A DNA stretch of 64,000 nucleotides from Hormiphora californensis (taxonomy: Eukaryota; Animalia; Ctenophora): positions 9,982,001-10,046,000 of the forward strand of contig CM035350.1 of assembly GCA_020137815.1 (NCBI GenBank). The letters are read 5' to 3'. Below are positions 1 through 24,264 of the stretch, piece after piece; position 1 is the stretch's first letter, and each line of letters starts with the position of its first letter. The notes beneath the pieces are model-generated. The model was not told the DNA's origin, ran no database searches, and saw nothing but the letters and a program-made list of their open reading frames with translations. The position numbers were made by a program, and so were the translations under genes.

Positions 1-399
1 GCTGACCTTATTATTGCACTTTGCTGCCATAACCAATGTACATGGGAGGTATACACTGGCAAAACTCACTACCTCTCACATTTCTCTCCAGAACAGTTTT
101 ATCTGCTGTCATCCCTTGCTGGATGGGCCACCTGCTTTCATCTCGATAAGATATTTCCTGAGAACCTGGAGAATGAGATGGAAATGTTTATGAAGGAGCA
201 GGGACCTCCGGAAGATGGGGGATATATCATCCTGCCAAACACGCTAAAGAGACATATTGGGCTGTGTGCTAAGAACGTGATAAATGATGGCCGTGCTAAA
301 TATTTACAGGACAATGGATTTGATGTTCGGTTTGTTAAGTATATCCGGGACTCAATATCGCTAGAAAATATGGCGTTACTTGCTCAACCCGCACTTTGA
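1..399 (+). CDS. TRMT13: tRNA:m(4)X 2'-O-methyltransferase TRM13, C-terminal part (5' end outside window)
   Basis: Frame open from base 1: IIALCCHNQCTW...LAGWATC...IGLCAKNVINDGRAKYLQDNGFDVRFVKY...SLENMALLA, matching TRM13 C-terminal motifs. Confidence 0.88.
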   Translation, partial: ADLIIALCCHNQCTWEVYTGKTHYLSHFSPEQFYLLSSLAGWATCFHLDKIFPENLENEMEMFMKEQGPPEDGGYIILPNTLKRHIGLCAKNVINDGRAKYLQDNGFDVRFVKYIRDSISLENMALLAQPAL

Positions 400-969
400 A
401 GTGCTAGAACCGTGATACCGGGTGGTCGGTGCCAGATCTAATTACAGGGAAGTCGAATTGAGATAAGGGTGCGCGCGGTATTTCTGTGCGCGTACAAAGT
501 ACACTTTTTCAGCATTCAGTAGAGTAAGAAGGGACGAGGTTATTGCCGTTCCGTCCTATTTCCTTTAATTTATTGACAGGGAGTGTTTAATATTTGTGAT
601 GTTTTTAACGAAGGGTATTTATGCGTATTTTAAGAAAAGCATTTGTCAATCCAATTAGTTCATAAGTTCAGAAATGCGGTGTCTCTATATTCTCACTCAA
701 ACAACCACCATCAAAAGGTCAACCTCAGCACTGTACGGGTATTTAATGTTTTGAATCGGCGAGAACGATGATCAAAGGAATCTTGTCATCTGGGCCACAA
801 ATTCCTCCTCTCATTCCTCTGGATTCCTCACGATGATATGAAGTGTGATGGCGCGCATGTTGTCATGGACCTTCCACGCGCCAACAAAGCTCCTCTCCAC
901 TCACCGCGCGTTCCGTACAGTCCGCTTCTGAGGTCGATATTTTGTGACGGACCCTTGGCACACAGCATG

Positions 970-2287
970 CTATTCCTGGATCTTTGCGGACGCGTTTGGG
1001 TTCCAGGATTCTATCTTGGGCTTAGTAGTTGTACTCGGGACGTATCTTTCTGCAAATGTACCAGTCATGTTGGCACGATGTTCCATCAGGAATTTCTGTT
1101 CCACGGGGGGAGCATCAACGGGTGTGTCGTCGGTCATGTAATGGAGCCATCTGTGCCACTCAGCCGGAACCTCGGAGGGGTCACTCTTTAGAACAACCCA
1201 GTTCGGTTTATTGTACTGGATCCAACGGTTCCTGGAAATGTATCAGAATTAATTGACATTAACTCCCCAAGCGGGGGTGAAAACTGAACAACGTGTCATT
1301 ATATTGAATAGATGTGTCTTACCGTCCCAGATAATAGTCATTATTTTCGTAATATTCATTTCCAAAGCTATCTCGCCCTACAAGTTCACCATATCGAAAC
1401 TCGTTACAGTTCACATATCTGACAAGAGAGAGAGGGTGAAATTGGGGTGCAAACAAGATGTTTCATACTTCAAAGTACAGTGGGCAAGTAGTACTAAGGT
1501 GGGACACATACTGTAGAAATGATCTTAACGAGTATGGTCTTATTGACGGTAAAGTACAGTGGAGGCAAGTAGTACTCACTTATTGACGGTATAGTACAGT
1601 GGGCAAGTCCGCAAGTAGTACTCACTTATTGACAGTATAGTACAGTGGGTAAGTAGTACTCACTTATTGACGGTATAGTACAGTGGGCAAGTCCGCAAGT
1701 AGTACTCACTTATTGACAGTATAGTACAGTGGGCAAGTAGGACTCACTTATTGACGGTATAGTACAGTGGGCAAGTAATGTACTCACTTATTGACGGTAC
1801 AGTGGGCAAGTAGGACTCACTTATTGACGGTATAGTACAGTGGGTAATTTGTACTCACTTATTGACGGTATAGTACAGTGGGTAAGTAGTACTCACTTAT
1901 TGACGGTATAGTACAGTGGGCAAGTAGTACTCACTTATTGACGGTATAGAACAGTTAACAGTGGGCAAGTAGTACTCACTTATTGACAGTACTAGCAAAA
2001 CTGGGGCGATCGTACCGATCGCAAATCGAGGGATCTTTTTCCACATTTTTTTCTCGATGTCTCTCTCTTTCTGTGTGTCTCTGTCTCTGTCTCTGTCTCT
2101 GTCTCTGTCTCTGTCTCTGTCTCTGTCTCTGTCTCTGTCTCTGTCTCTGTCTCTCTCTGTCTCTCTCTCTGTCTCTCTCTCTGTCTCTCTCTCTCTCTGT
2201 CTCTCTCTCTCTCTGTCTCTGTCTCTCTGTCTCTGTCTCTGTCTCTGTCTCTCTCTGTCTCTCTGTCTCCCTCACTCTCTCTCTCCC

Positions 2288-2346
<59 letters not shown>

Positions 2347-3015
2347 TATGCTATATGCTATGTCAATTTATTTGATTTAGTACCATTATATCGTTGTCTA
2401 TCTTGTTAATATGCTATGTGATGTGATCCGTCTCTTTTTCCTCTCTCTCTCTCTTTCTCTCCCTTTTATGTTTGTGATGTGACCCCTCTAGTTCGCAAGC
2501 AGTTCTCTAGCACTTGTGATACGTGATACCTACGAATCACGTCGTCACACTGACGGATCACGTCGTCACACTGACGGATCACGTCGTCACACTGACGGAT
2601 CACGTCGTCACATTGACGGATCACGTCGTCACATTGACGATAGGGTGTCACATTTCCGTGCAAATTTGCATTAGATATAGTTAGATAGTACAGTGGGCAA
2701 GTAGTACTCACTTATTGACAGTATAGTACAGTGGGCAAGTAGTACTCACTTATTGACGGTATAGTACAGTGGGCAAGTAGTACTCACTTATTGACGGTAT
2801 AGTACAGTGGGCAAGTAATACTCACTTATTGACGGTATAGTACAGTGGGCAGTAGTACTCACTTATTGACGGTATAGTACAGTGGGCAAGTAGTACTCAC
2901 TTATTGACGGTATAGTACAGTGGGCAAGTAATACTCACTTATTGACGGTATAGTACAGTGGAGTTGTCCACATCTTCTTCATGAACCCAAAAAAGGTTCC
3001 CACGTTGCCCGTCAT
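970..3015 (-). CDS. NDUFA12: NADH dehydrogenase 1 alpha subcomplex subunit 12; exons 3015-2939, 1418-1323, 1231-970 (144 aa)
   Basis: Spliced translation GELVGRDSFGNEYYENNDYYLGRNRWIQY...SEVPAEWHRWLHYMTDDTP...NMTGT..RYVPSTTTKPKIESWNP; GT-AG introns with consistent phases. Confidence 0.95.
1470..2960. repeat. 38-bp tandem array (unit GGGCAAGTAGTACTCACTTATTGACGGTATAGTACAGT) in NDUFA12 intron 1, split by a Helitron
   Basis: Roughly 20 near-identical copies in two blocks (about 1540-1991 and 2686-2960), with degenerate copies toward 1470. Confidence 0.93.
1992..2685 (-). mobile_element. Non-autonomous Helitron containing (CTCTGT)n/(CT)n and a 21-bp tandem repeat
   Basis: Minus strand starts TC, ends CTAG, with hairpin GCGATCG-GTA-CGATCGC about 10 nt before the end; inserted between A and T of an otherwise intact array unit, no TSD. 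Confidence 0.85.
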
Positions 3016-3288
3016 ATCGAGCTAGATGCGAGTTGGATAGTGATTATAACAGGGATAATACAGGGGTACCATGATAAAAAGAGAGGGTATTTGTTTGGAG
3101 AAAAACACGGTTTACTTTGTGCCTGAACCACACAATGTGACTAATCTGGAATATATCTACACATATCATACACAATTATTAACAGTGGTCTATATGTACA
3201 ACAATCACACTCTCTCTCTGTATAGAAATAAAAATAGGATAAAATCAAATGTAGGACATGGGTGCGAGCTGCGAGAGTGCAGCGGCGT

Positions 3289-5590
3289 TTACTGCTTAGT
3301 TTTTCGGTGTAAAAACGGTGGTAGAAACTTGGTGATTGAAACCTGTGAATGAAATGTGTGTGATGTGTGTGTGTGTGTGTGAGGAACAATAAATTAACAG
3401 ATCTTAGTACAACGTGTTTCACATTTGTGTGTGTGTGACGTGTGTGTCTGTATAACAGTTCAGTCTGTGTGTGTAATGAGTGCTACCTTTTTGTATGGGG
3501 TATTTGCGTGTTGTGTAATGAGTGCTACCTTTTTGTATGGGGTATTTGCGTGTTGTGACCGGTTTGCAATGATCTCGTCCTCAGCCCGGGACCTCTCAGC
3601 TGTAATGTGGGTAATGGAAATATGAGTATAAATAATGAATATATGAGTATTAATAATATTAGAATGCATGTCAGGATATTCTCTAGCTCTACCTCTCTCC
3701 TTATCTCTTACTCTCTATACCTCTCTCTATATTTCTCTCTCCCTCTCTCTCTCATTCAATCTGAAAGTGTCCACACAGAGCTCTGTTTACTTCGTATCAC
3801 TCTGTCTACAGAGGGTGTTTACTTCGTATCACTCTGTCTACCTGTTTCCTGGATAATTTCTGTCAGATCTTTGATGTAAATTTGAATCTTCTGCAACTGC
3901 TGCTCTGTAGACTCTGAAGGCTGAAAATGAAATGACGTTAGAGATACATTCTAAATACATTCTACAAGATATAACAAGTTGTATAATGTGTGGAGTTCTC
4001 TACCTCTGCTTTTGTCTTCATTTGTTTGTTGATAAGCATAAACAAGTTGTGGGTGGCCATCTTTATTCGTCCCAGTAGGAGAGTCTGTCGAGCAGCCGTG
4101 TTCTTGATATGTGTCCATACACTCTCCCATTTCACTGCAGAGCTCTGGGCTTGCTCCAGGTTCATCTGAGGAGTAGTTTGTGTATGAAATTGTTTACTAA
4201 AAACTCGCCAAAGTTGGAAAAGGGTTGATGTCGACCAGTTTAGGCATAGAAAGTTATAAAGCTATAACCATAAACGCGACTATTGACGATACCTGTAGGT
4301 TTGCAAGTTGGTTATTAAAGTTCATAATGTCATTGTTCTTTTCCTCCATAAACTTCATCAAGTTTGCCTTCTCCCTCTCCAACTTGTCCTGATTGTCAGT
4401 CTCCCGGTCGAGAAGGTGCTGGTGGGTCGTTACCAGTGTATCATACCTGGGGGAGGGGAGGGGATAATTAGGGGGACTTCAAAAGCTTCTTTCATATGAT
4501 GAATCAACAATTCAATCAACATATTCATGATATTATGGGCATGTTATAGTAACGGTAGTCAGTATATAAACCGCAGACTCTATCCTCTCTCTATCCATTA
4601 TAACATGCTGTATTAAAACATAGATCTCATTTTTCCTTAAAGAACCGCTAAAAACTCCGTCCGGCAAGACGATGCATGCGAATGAACAAAAGAGAGACCG
4701 ATTTAAGTATTATACGATCGATAGATCATTTCTACAGAACATTATTCATCTAACGATGTTGGCTGATGAGTATATTATATCGAACATATAATAGAACCTT
4801 CTTACATTCTACCTCTTTCTACTCATTCAATTGGTAACGAAATTACCCCTCTGTATAACATAGGGCATTGCGATAGTAAGGCACGTTTTAGCGTGCCCGC
4901 AATGTAGGGGTAATTGCGTTACCAACTCATTCAACTGAAATTACCCCAATTATTATTTATCATACTCGCTGCCCAAACATAATGAAAATCCATACCTCAT
5001 AATAGCATCCTTGTTTTCAGAGAACTCGTCAGCCTTCTCCAGGACCTTGTCCATATATTTCTGGAATACCATGTGCTTCGTTAGCTTAATCTTCTGATGC
5101 TCCAGGAAGGACTGTAACTTCTCTGAAGGGAATATCGGAGTTTAGAAATCTGAGTGGGAAATGTTATGAAAGGAACATCGGGATCGAATTAGGTCAGGGG
5201 TGGAGGGGATGGTAACTTACTGGACTCAACAGATAGTGCCTCTATTTCTCGCATCCTCTGTAGCTTAGAATCTCGTTCTGTGTTCGCCTTTTTCACGGCT
5301 CTGTTTTTCTTGGCGTCGTTATCTTTTAAAAACTTATCAAACTTCAACAAACTCTCCTTCAGGGTAAATTCCTTTCTCTCCAACTCTTCCCTGCGCTGCT
5401 GGATGCTCTCCATTTTCATTTGAAATTCCTCTTTTTGTGCGTTTAGTGCCTGTTCTACCTCCGTCATCTCTCGTCTCTTCTCGAGAAGTCTGGTGGCTGG
5501 TGTAAGGTGTTCATCTTCCCTCTCTGGCAACTTCACCAGGAGTTTATCCTCAAATGTGGTCCGGAAATACTCCTCGAGAGAAACTGACAT
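3289..5590 (-). CDS. CFAP73: Cilia/flagella coiled-coil protein of the CFAP73/CCDC42 family, about 7 exons (5590-5221, 5122-4996, 4446-4293, 4165-4004, 3920-3842, then near 3599 and 3343; last two less certain)
   Basis: LTPATRLLEKRREM..VEQAL..QKEEFQMKMES..QRREEL..KE..LKESLLKFDKFLKDNDAK and KWESVWTHIKNTAARQTLLLGRIKMATHNLF motifs; splice phases consistent. Confidence 0.85.
4831..4925. mobile_element. Tiny hairpin MITE (TIR TTGGTAACG...), 9-bp TSD CTCATTCAA
   Basis: Inverted termini, exact 9-bp flanking duplication, second copy at 43841-43925. Confidence 0.85.
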
Positions 5591-5760
5591 GACAGCTACT
5601 AGTGGAGAATAGGACATGGAAAATAACTCAAAAGGGAATTCACGCAAAAAACAAAGTATGCGGAAAGATCAAAAAGAGTAAAAGATCGGTCAAAAGTCAA
5701 AGAATAATAAATTTATAAAAATTCACACATCACTTCAACAAGCAATATATGCAAAACAAA

Positions 5761-8307
5761 TTATCGAAGGGTCGTTTTGTAGCCAACATTAGTGACATTA
5801 CCCGCTAGAAAACTATCATAAATACTCTCATAATTCTGCAGATCATCTTTCCTGAGGGAGGGTTTGGTATCTCGAATAGCACCAACTAAATAGTCCTGAC
5901 TGAGCTGTGATCCCTTACCAGCCCTAACTGCCGCTAACTGGGCATTGTACAGCACTGCCTTCATATCTGCACCCGAGTAGAACGCTGTCTCACCCGCCAA
6001 CACCTGGGTACTGACAGTAGAATCAGTTGGGGTTAACCGGAGTAATGCGTTCCATATTTCAACCCGTTCGGGAACACTCGGCATGGGACAGAACACCTTC
6101 TTGCCTATCCTACCGGGTCTGAGAATGGCTGGATCGAGTGTGTCAGGTCTGGATGTGGCAGCTACTACGAACACTCCCTCCTGCTTGCACGATCCCATCT
6201 AGTTCTGTTAGTAAGCTGGTTAACGACCCTGTCCATTACCCCTGTGGTATCATTAGCCTCGGCACGGTGCCAAGGAATCGAACTCATCAAAGAATACTAG
6301 TGCCGGACTGGACTCCCTGGCACGTCGGAACTAGTGCCCTAACAGCATCCTCACTCGCTCCAATGTACTTGCTAAGAAGTTCAGGGACCTTTGACCGTGA
6401 TGAAGCTCATGTCAAGATCAGAGGCGATGGCCTTCACGAGGTGGGTCTTACCAACACCAGGGGGTCCAAAAAGGAGCAGTCCTCGGTTCAGCTGAAAGGG
6501 AATCTGGGCAAAGAGGATCAGGGTACCGGAAGGGGAAGGACCAACATTCTGTGAAGTTCATCCTTCGCCTCGTGAAGTCCTCCACAAGTCCTCCAACACT
6601 ATGTTATCTGATGCTGCCTTTTTTCTCTCGAGCTCCAGAAACTTGCAAACCTCATTCACCTGGCCAGTGTGGGCATTGAGAGAGTTGGCTAACTTTACCA
6701 CCTCTCCAACGGTCAGGCTAGATTTGAGGGAGACATTGGATAGCAGGGACTTAACTTCTTTATCACTCCCCTCCACAAGGGATCGAAGAAGGGGCATCTG
6801 ATGAGCGGAGGTGAGGAGGGGTAAAGTAAACACCTCATCACAAGCATCTCTTACTGTATAATGACAGGATTCATCAGTTTGAGTGGTAATCAGTACCTCC
6901 ACATTACATAACAAGAACCTCTGGAACTCGGTAACTAGTTTCGCTGCTAGACGAGTGCCGAATAGTTCGTCCCCGGAAGCGTCCTCATTCTTAGATCTCG
7001 CAGGGAGCACAGCATCAAGGTTATCCAAAATTAACAAGGATGGTTGATGGTAGGAGCAGTTTGATAAGAGTTCTCCAATCTCCTTCACGACATTTTCCAT
7101 CCGTTTACCCCTTAGGGTTGTGGCATCGTGGTAGCTGATAAAGAAATTGCGGAGGCGTGGTTCCCTGCGGAGAAGCTGACAGAGATATGTCTTCCCCGCA
7201 CCATGGGAAGGTACTGCAGAGGACAGCAGAGACATGGACTTGGTTGTGAAAGGTAGAGAGTTGAGAAGATGATCTATAATCCGTTCAAAGATCAGAGAAT
7301 GCGGATTAACCCCCGTGTTTGGTGATTCTACTTTCAAAGTTTCAGTCTTTTTAATGGACAGCTGTCCGTCAGTTATCGTTACCCAATGCCGAGATATCTT
7401 CTCCTCTATGGGGGGACACACTACCGAGTAACTTGTAATGGTCGACCCCTCAAAAACAGGATACTTTGCCTCCAAAAGGGGTTTTATAACAGAAACAGCC
7501 GGTAGCTGGAGAAGGATAACCTCATTCTGTGAGAAGAAAGAGCGAAGGTAGGAAGGGACAAATATAGTTTTTGATTTTAGGCAGTTTTTGCAGTGTTTAG
7601 CATAACAAAGAAATTGATCAGCATCTGTTGGTTGGTTGATTTTACGAATCAGAGCATGGGATTTCATCGGTACTGAGTGTTTACAAAAACAGCTAATTGT
7701 CACCTCTGCTAACGAGGATGTTTCCCTCTCCTCAGTCTGAGTGAAGACTACTTTTGATAATAATTGGGAAGCATGGTTTAGGCTCACACTTCACTGGCAC
7801 AACTGGTACTCGGTCTGTTATTGATAACCTCGTGAACCCGTTAATGGACATAGATTGGGCGGGTTCAATCAGCCGTGACAATAAACTTGATGAAATTAGA
7901 GGGGCTGAGCCATATCAGTATGGGTTTATCTTTTTGTATTGCTTTCACTTGATTTAACACGAGTTGCCTCGACCTGCTGCCTCTGCAATACAACCAAAGA
8001 GTAATCATCAGGTGTACAGGTGACCGTGACCGCGGTAGCAGGTACAGTGTAAGGAACAGGTTTAACCTGTACATGACCCTCCTTGGCACCCAGCAAATCC
8101 GCCAGAGTTTTATTTAACACCAGACTCTTATCTGATTGCTGTTCATTCACTTTCACAGCTAGTAATCAATGAAGTAGTGTTTTCACTGAACAACAACGAC
8201 ACGACGGTAGGCTGGGATGTGCCTCGAGGAAAGAGGGTCGAGAATGTTGAAGGGGAGCAATGTAGAAAACACGATTGTGATCCATCAAAGCGCAAGTTTA
8301 CTGTCAT
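5761..8307 (-). CDS. PEX1: Peroxisomal AAA ATPase PEX1, apparently intronless, broken by many single-base insertions (assembly error or pseudogene)
   Basis: N-domain [25 protein letters not shown]; D1 GAGKT and LLILDNLD; D2 [63 protein letters not shown]; C-terminal GYKTTL. Confidence 0.85.
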
Positions 8308-8329
8308 CGCTATAATTAATATTTCTGAT

Positions 8330-8830
8330 AGATAATCGATAGCACTAACCGATAACACCAAACATAACCCTAACGGGCAGCCCTAACCCATATGGATTGT
8401 TAAAATAGATGGATGGTTAGCAATGGACGGCAGATTTGGGCGCGATTATAATCTGGGTGCCTTGTGGTCTGTTTACAGGTGCGCGCTACCAAAAGAGTAC
8501 ACCTAAACCCACTTAGACTGACTTTTTTCAAACGGCTATAGCCGTGCAACCACATGGCCGATTGGATTAAACTAAACAAATACAAATACAAATACAATTA
8601 TAATTTATATCCCGCTTTTGGGCCTATGCATTGTTAGTGCTAGGAGGACGCCGTTTCAATCAGTCGATTGAAGCAACGCACCCACCACTAACAAGCCTTC
8701 TAAAGCGGCTCTGTTTGAGAATCGATAGCCCTAACCGATAACCCCAAACCAGACCCTAACCGATAGCCCTAACCCGTCGCGCGCGCTAAAACTACGAATT
8801 GTTAGCAATGAAAGGCACCCAGATTTTAAC
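8330..8830. repeat. Two diverged direct copies of a CCCTAACC-rich motif, probably a repeat-family remnant
   Basis: AATCGATAGC.CTAACCGATAAC.CCAAAC...CCCTAAC at about 8334-8390 and 8720-8778. Confidence 0.5.
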
Positions 8831-9067
8831 GTTTTCCGGCAGATTTTAAGAAGAGATAAAAAACATCGAGGCAGATTTTAAGGTTTGCTGTCGGCCCGGC
8901 GCGCGAACGCGAAGCTGAAGCGAAGCCCGGACTCTCTTTAAAACGCCAAATCACGAGGAAAATGGAACGCGCGAGTTAAAGTGCGTTTCAAACGACTTGA
9001 CCTGAGCTCAGCTAGCTGCATGAATTGTGTTTTTGGCAAATTTGCAACGTCGTTTCCGTTTTTGGCA

Positions 9068-9479
9068 AATAAGGAACCATAATAAAGTTCAAGAGCCTCC
9101 AAGAGCGCACCCCATCCAAGAGAGACCAAAATCAAGAGCGCACCACAATCAAGAGAGACCAAAATCAAGAGCACACCACAATCAAGAGAGACCAAAATCA
9201 AGAGCACACCACAATCAAGAGAGACCAAATCAAGAGCGCACCACAATCAAGAGAGACCAAATTCAAGAGCACACCACATCTGGATAGGGAGCTCTCTTGA
9301 TTGTGGTGCGCTCTTGATTTGGTCTCTCTTGATTGTGGTGTGCTCTTGATTTTGGTCTCTCTTGATTGTGGTGTGCTCTTGATTTTGGTCTCTCTTGGTT
9401 GTGGTGCGCTCTTGATTTTGGTCTCTCTTGGATGGGGTGCGCTCTTGGAGGCTCTTGAACTTTATTATGGTTCCTTATT
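9068..9479. mobile_element. Foldback/MITE: about 200-bp inverted arms built from 30-bp tandem subunits
   Basis: Termini AATAAGGAACCATAATAAAGTTCAAGAGC and its exact reverse complement; mirror-image ORFs on both strands; no clear TSD. Confidence 0.75.
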
Positions 9480-10465
9480 CCGTCAAAAAATTGCCACATT
9501 TTCATTTTTCCTACCGGAATTGTCTAATTTTCTCGTTTCTTACGTGGACCGTGGACCGTGGTGACTGTGTCCAGGACGCTTGAGAAATAGTTTAGGTTCA
9601 CCAGTGCTTCCTTACCTGATTCCATACCACTAAAGGGTTTTGTAGTTTTCGCCCCATTTTATGGCCCTAAATTCTGAAATTTACTGACCTTCTGTAGCAT
9701 ATGCCAAGGTACAGAAATGGCATGCTTAAATTCGTTTAAAAGCGCTTAAAATTTCAGACCCTGCTGGCGTGGCTCCGTGCCCAACACTCCCATATCCCTT
9801 GGGCATTGACCGTGACTGGCGCCCCTAGCCCCGCACACCCAGCTACTTGCTAGGCCGAAAGGCGAAAGCCTAGCGCCGTCCCTGAATTGTGCGACCCTGG
9901 ACCCCATATATGGACACTATCCATAGAAAACCTCACAAACACATGTTTCTGGAATTTTGCTGCTATTTTTTCAACTTAATTAAATAGAAACCTGGTTTTG
10001 GATTTGCACTCCTCCAGTCTCCAAAATCCAGGCCCCTCGCGTTACATGCACCTCGCATGCCACACACATGTATGTCTAGCCTATAGATAGCATACTTGTA
10101 TACTGTTTAAAATGGAAGGCGGTCAATGTATGTACATATTGTCAAATACTGGCCTGCACTAAGCTGAATCAGACATTACATAATTAGAGTTTCAAAAAAA
10201 CCTTCAATTGTTTTGTTTGTTTTGAATTGTGAGTCGTAATGAGTTCCTAAACTATCAATTTAATGTCTAAAGTGATATAGATACTTATCTTAAACTTTGA
10301 CTCCGTGACGGAGTCTCCGTCCTAACCGTACACAATTCGTCAATTATCAAAGTTTCTTGAATGATTTACAGTTTACAGAGTTTGTTGTTATTGTTCAACA
10401 AAGTAATCGTGCCATGCTAAGTAGTAGTAGTTCACTAACACACATCCCCCCAGTGCTATAGGGAT

Positions 10466-23182
<12,717 letters not shown>

Positions 23183-24264
23183 CAATATAGTGTGTGTGTG
23201 TGTGTGTGTGTGTTTGTTTGTGTATGTGTGTTTGTTTGTTTGTGTGTGTATGCGTGTGTGTGTGAGTTAGTACGTGTTTGTTTGTTTGTGAGAGTGATGT
23301 CATTGAATGACGGTGTCATGGCAACCGATTATAATCTCATACGCGGATGTAAATAGTCGTTTTAAAAGATAGACTTTTTTATTTTTTATTTCTCTGCAGT
23401 CATATTCTATTAAAAAGATTCCCCGTATTTTCAGCAGTGTGTAGTTCAAAAAGGTGATGTCCTAGAAGTATTATTATCATTAGATATGCACTGTTCTTCA
23501 GACCTATTACATCTGATGTCAGACCCTGACAGTACAATATGTGTAACGTGTTACACAATATGTAAGCTTCCCCTTTTGATTTAACCAGTGCGAGGAATTA
23601 TTATTACATATGTTGAAAATAACAAGATGAATAATATCTTTAGATTATAATATAAATAATTTATTTTTCAAAGATTACATTTCATCACAGTGATATATAT
23701 GAGATTCTTGTACAATGTACACACACCCCCAGTAATCATCTATAATTATTTATAATTATCTTAAGATCAGCCGTTCTGATTAATTATCTTCCTCATCCTG
23801 TATCTGAAGGACTGAAGATTATTTTAATTTTTGAAGCTCATTTATATTCATCCACAAAGAACTCATGTTGCCACCAGCCATTGCCTAGTAGCTTGTACTC
23901 GTTGTTCTGTCTGGCGACCCCATCTGAGAAGTGTTGCTAGGCAACTCACATGATCGAGAAACCCATGATTTTTTCACAGATTCACAGTCCCCTCACAGTA
24001 ATTAACAGTGTGTAATTATTAATTAATAACGTGTTTAATTACTAGTTACACATTTATATCCACATTTGTCACAGTGATCAGATATTGTATGGTGCTTTTC
24101 AGTCCCCTAATTTATTTATGAGTAAAAATATGACGTGTTTCAATTATATTTTGTGTCTGGGGAAACGGTTCACTAGGAAACGGTTCACTAAATCATGGAA
24201 CACTTCACGGACAGTGAATTGTGGTAGTTGTTGCTAAGCAGCCAGAATGCAGCTTCCAGAATGT

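Noticed and set aside
838-1256. Plus-strand ORFs
   Set aside because: Antisense shadows of NDUFA12 exon 3
1976-2380. ORFs of RE/SL/CL dipeptides here and at the many other (CT)n/(GA)n/(GTTT)n tracts
   Set aside because: Translation of microsatellites; no coding signal
1540-2960. 38-bp array as a CRISPR array
   Set aside because: Units are head-to-tail with no unique spacers, there are no cas genes, the context is eukaryotic and the unit derives from an exon junction
5761-8307. Deletional RNA editing or programmed frameshifting in PEX1
   Set aside because: No shared context at the extra bases, and similar indels occur in other genes; sequencing error is more parsimonious
8330-8780. Interstitial telomere
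   Set aside because: CCCTAA motifs are isolated within a longer repeat and do not form a tandem array
8938-9564. Four repetitive ORFs on both strands
   Set aside because: By-product of the palindromic 30-bp-unit element
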